Positions 63,420-64,000 of a DNA stretch of 64,000 nt are shown in pieces (position 1 is the first letter of the stretch; every line of letters starts with the position of its first letter). Both the position numbers and the translations under genes were made by a program. The notes under the pieces were generated by a model. That model was not told where the DNA came from. It was given only the letters and a program-made list of their open reading frames with translations, and made no database searches. The stretch is from Azolla caroliniana (lineage: Eukaryota; Plantae; Polypodiophyta): the NCBI GenBank assembly GCA_043228905.1, contig JBHGNT010000006.1, forward strand, positions 14,756,001-14,820,000. The letters run 5' to 3'.

Positions 63420-64000
63420 GTGAACATGCTCGACTCAAAATGGCTTTTTTTCTGAATTTTTATGCAACCATCAGTATGATGTTTTCTTTCTGTGGTTAAT
63501 CTTTTAAGTGATCAGAGAAGGTTTTTTTTGTTTTTTGGGAGTTGATTATGTAATAACTGGAAATGTTACTTGGTTGACTGGAGTCATTAATAATCATCGC
63601 TGTTTTCCAAATAGTATTCTTTGGGAGTGAGCAGCCATACACTGGCAGTACCAAAGATATATACTTTATAGAACGTGGATAGTTTAGAATTTAGTGACAC
63701 TATATTTCAGTTTTTTTAAAGATACTCTCATTCTGGATGTGCTGGCTCTTTTTTTACCTATGCTACTTGTGAGCAATGATCGTCTTGCTCTTCATTGGCT
63801 GGATTGGATATTGTCATTTTGTTTTCTTGTACGACTGTATGTTGTTTTCGTGCACCCCTCTCCGCCTCCTGTTGCTCACACATGTGTTAGTGATGTTTCT
63901 AATTTCACATTTATCTTTTAACAACTAGTGTTGCATTTTTAGCTCACATAGATAATGACCGAATTTTCCAATTCGGTATTAATGCATGTCGGGCACCTTT

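Noticed and set aside
63694-63921. 75-aa ORF as MTA exon 6
   Set aside because: T-rich intron-like sequence lacking the expected MT-A70 continuation (MY..LER.SP..RKLELFAR).

Overview
Plant nuclear DNA, most likely from a seed-free plant such as a fern (inferred from the very large TE-filled intron, the TE lineages present and a spore-storage-like gene). Most of the window is nested transposable elements. Two host genes are present: an intronless EIN3/EIL transcription factor (26691-28892, -) and the m6A methyltransferase MTA/METTL3 (exons 1-5 at 44817-63419, +, continuing past the window), whose intron 4 is 16,078 bp. TEs whose ends can be read from sequence: a full Ty3/gypsy (11421-23751; tRNA-Trp PBS, 4-bp TSD) holding a very young Tork-like copia (14417-19748; TSD GTAGT); an Athila-like gypsy with a long extra ORF; a short-LTR gypsy with a tRNA-Ala PBS that ends 164 bp before the MTA start codon; and, inside MTA intron 4, a copia inserted backwards into an LTR of its own family, carrying a hAT MITE that in turn carries two RTE-X-like LINEs. 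The most unusual feature is a 1.5-kb insert in a dead copia integrase inside the MTA intron (59809-61326). It is a circularly permuted 2S-albumin-like (storage protein) gene, ordered C-terminal half, 3' region, RY/G-box promoter, N-terminal half. Its two ends rejoin in frame at a shared TA into one 219-codon ORF, as expected for a reintegrated DNA circle. All family assignments come from motif recognition by eye; no database searches were run.
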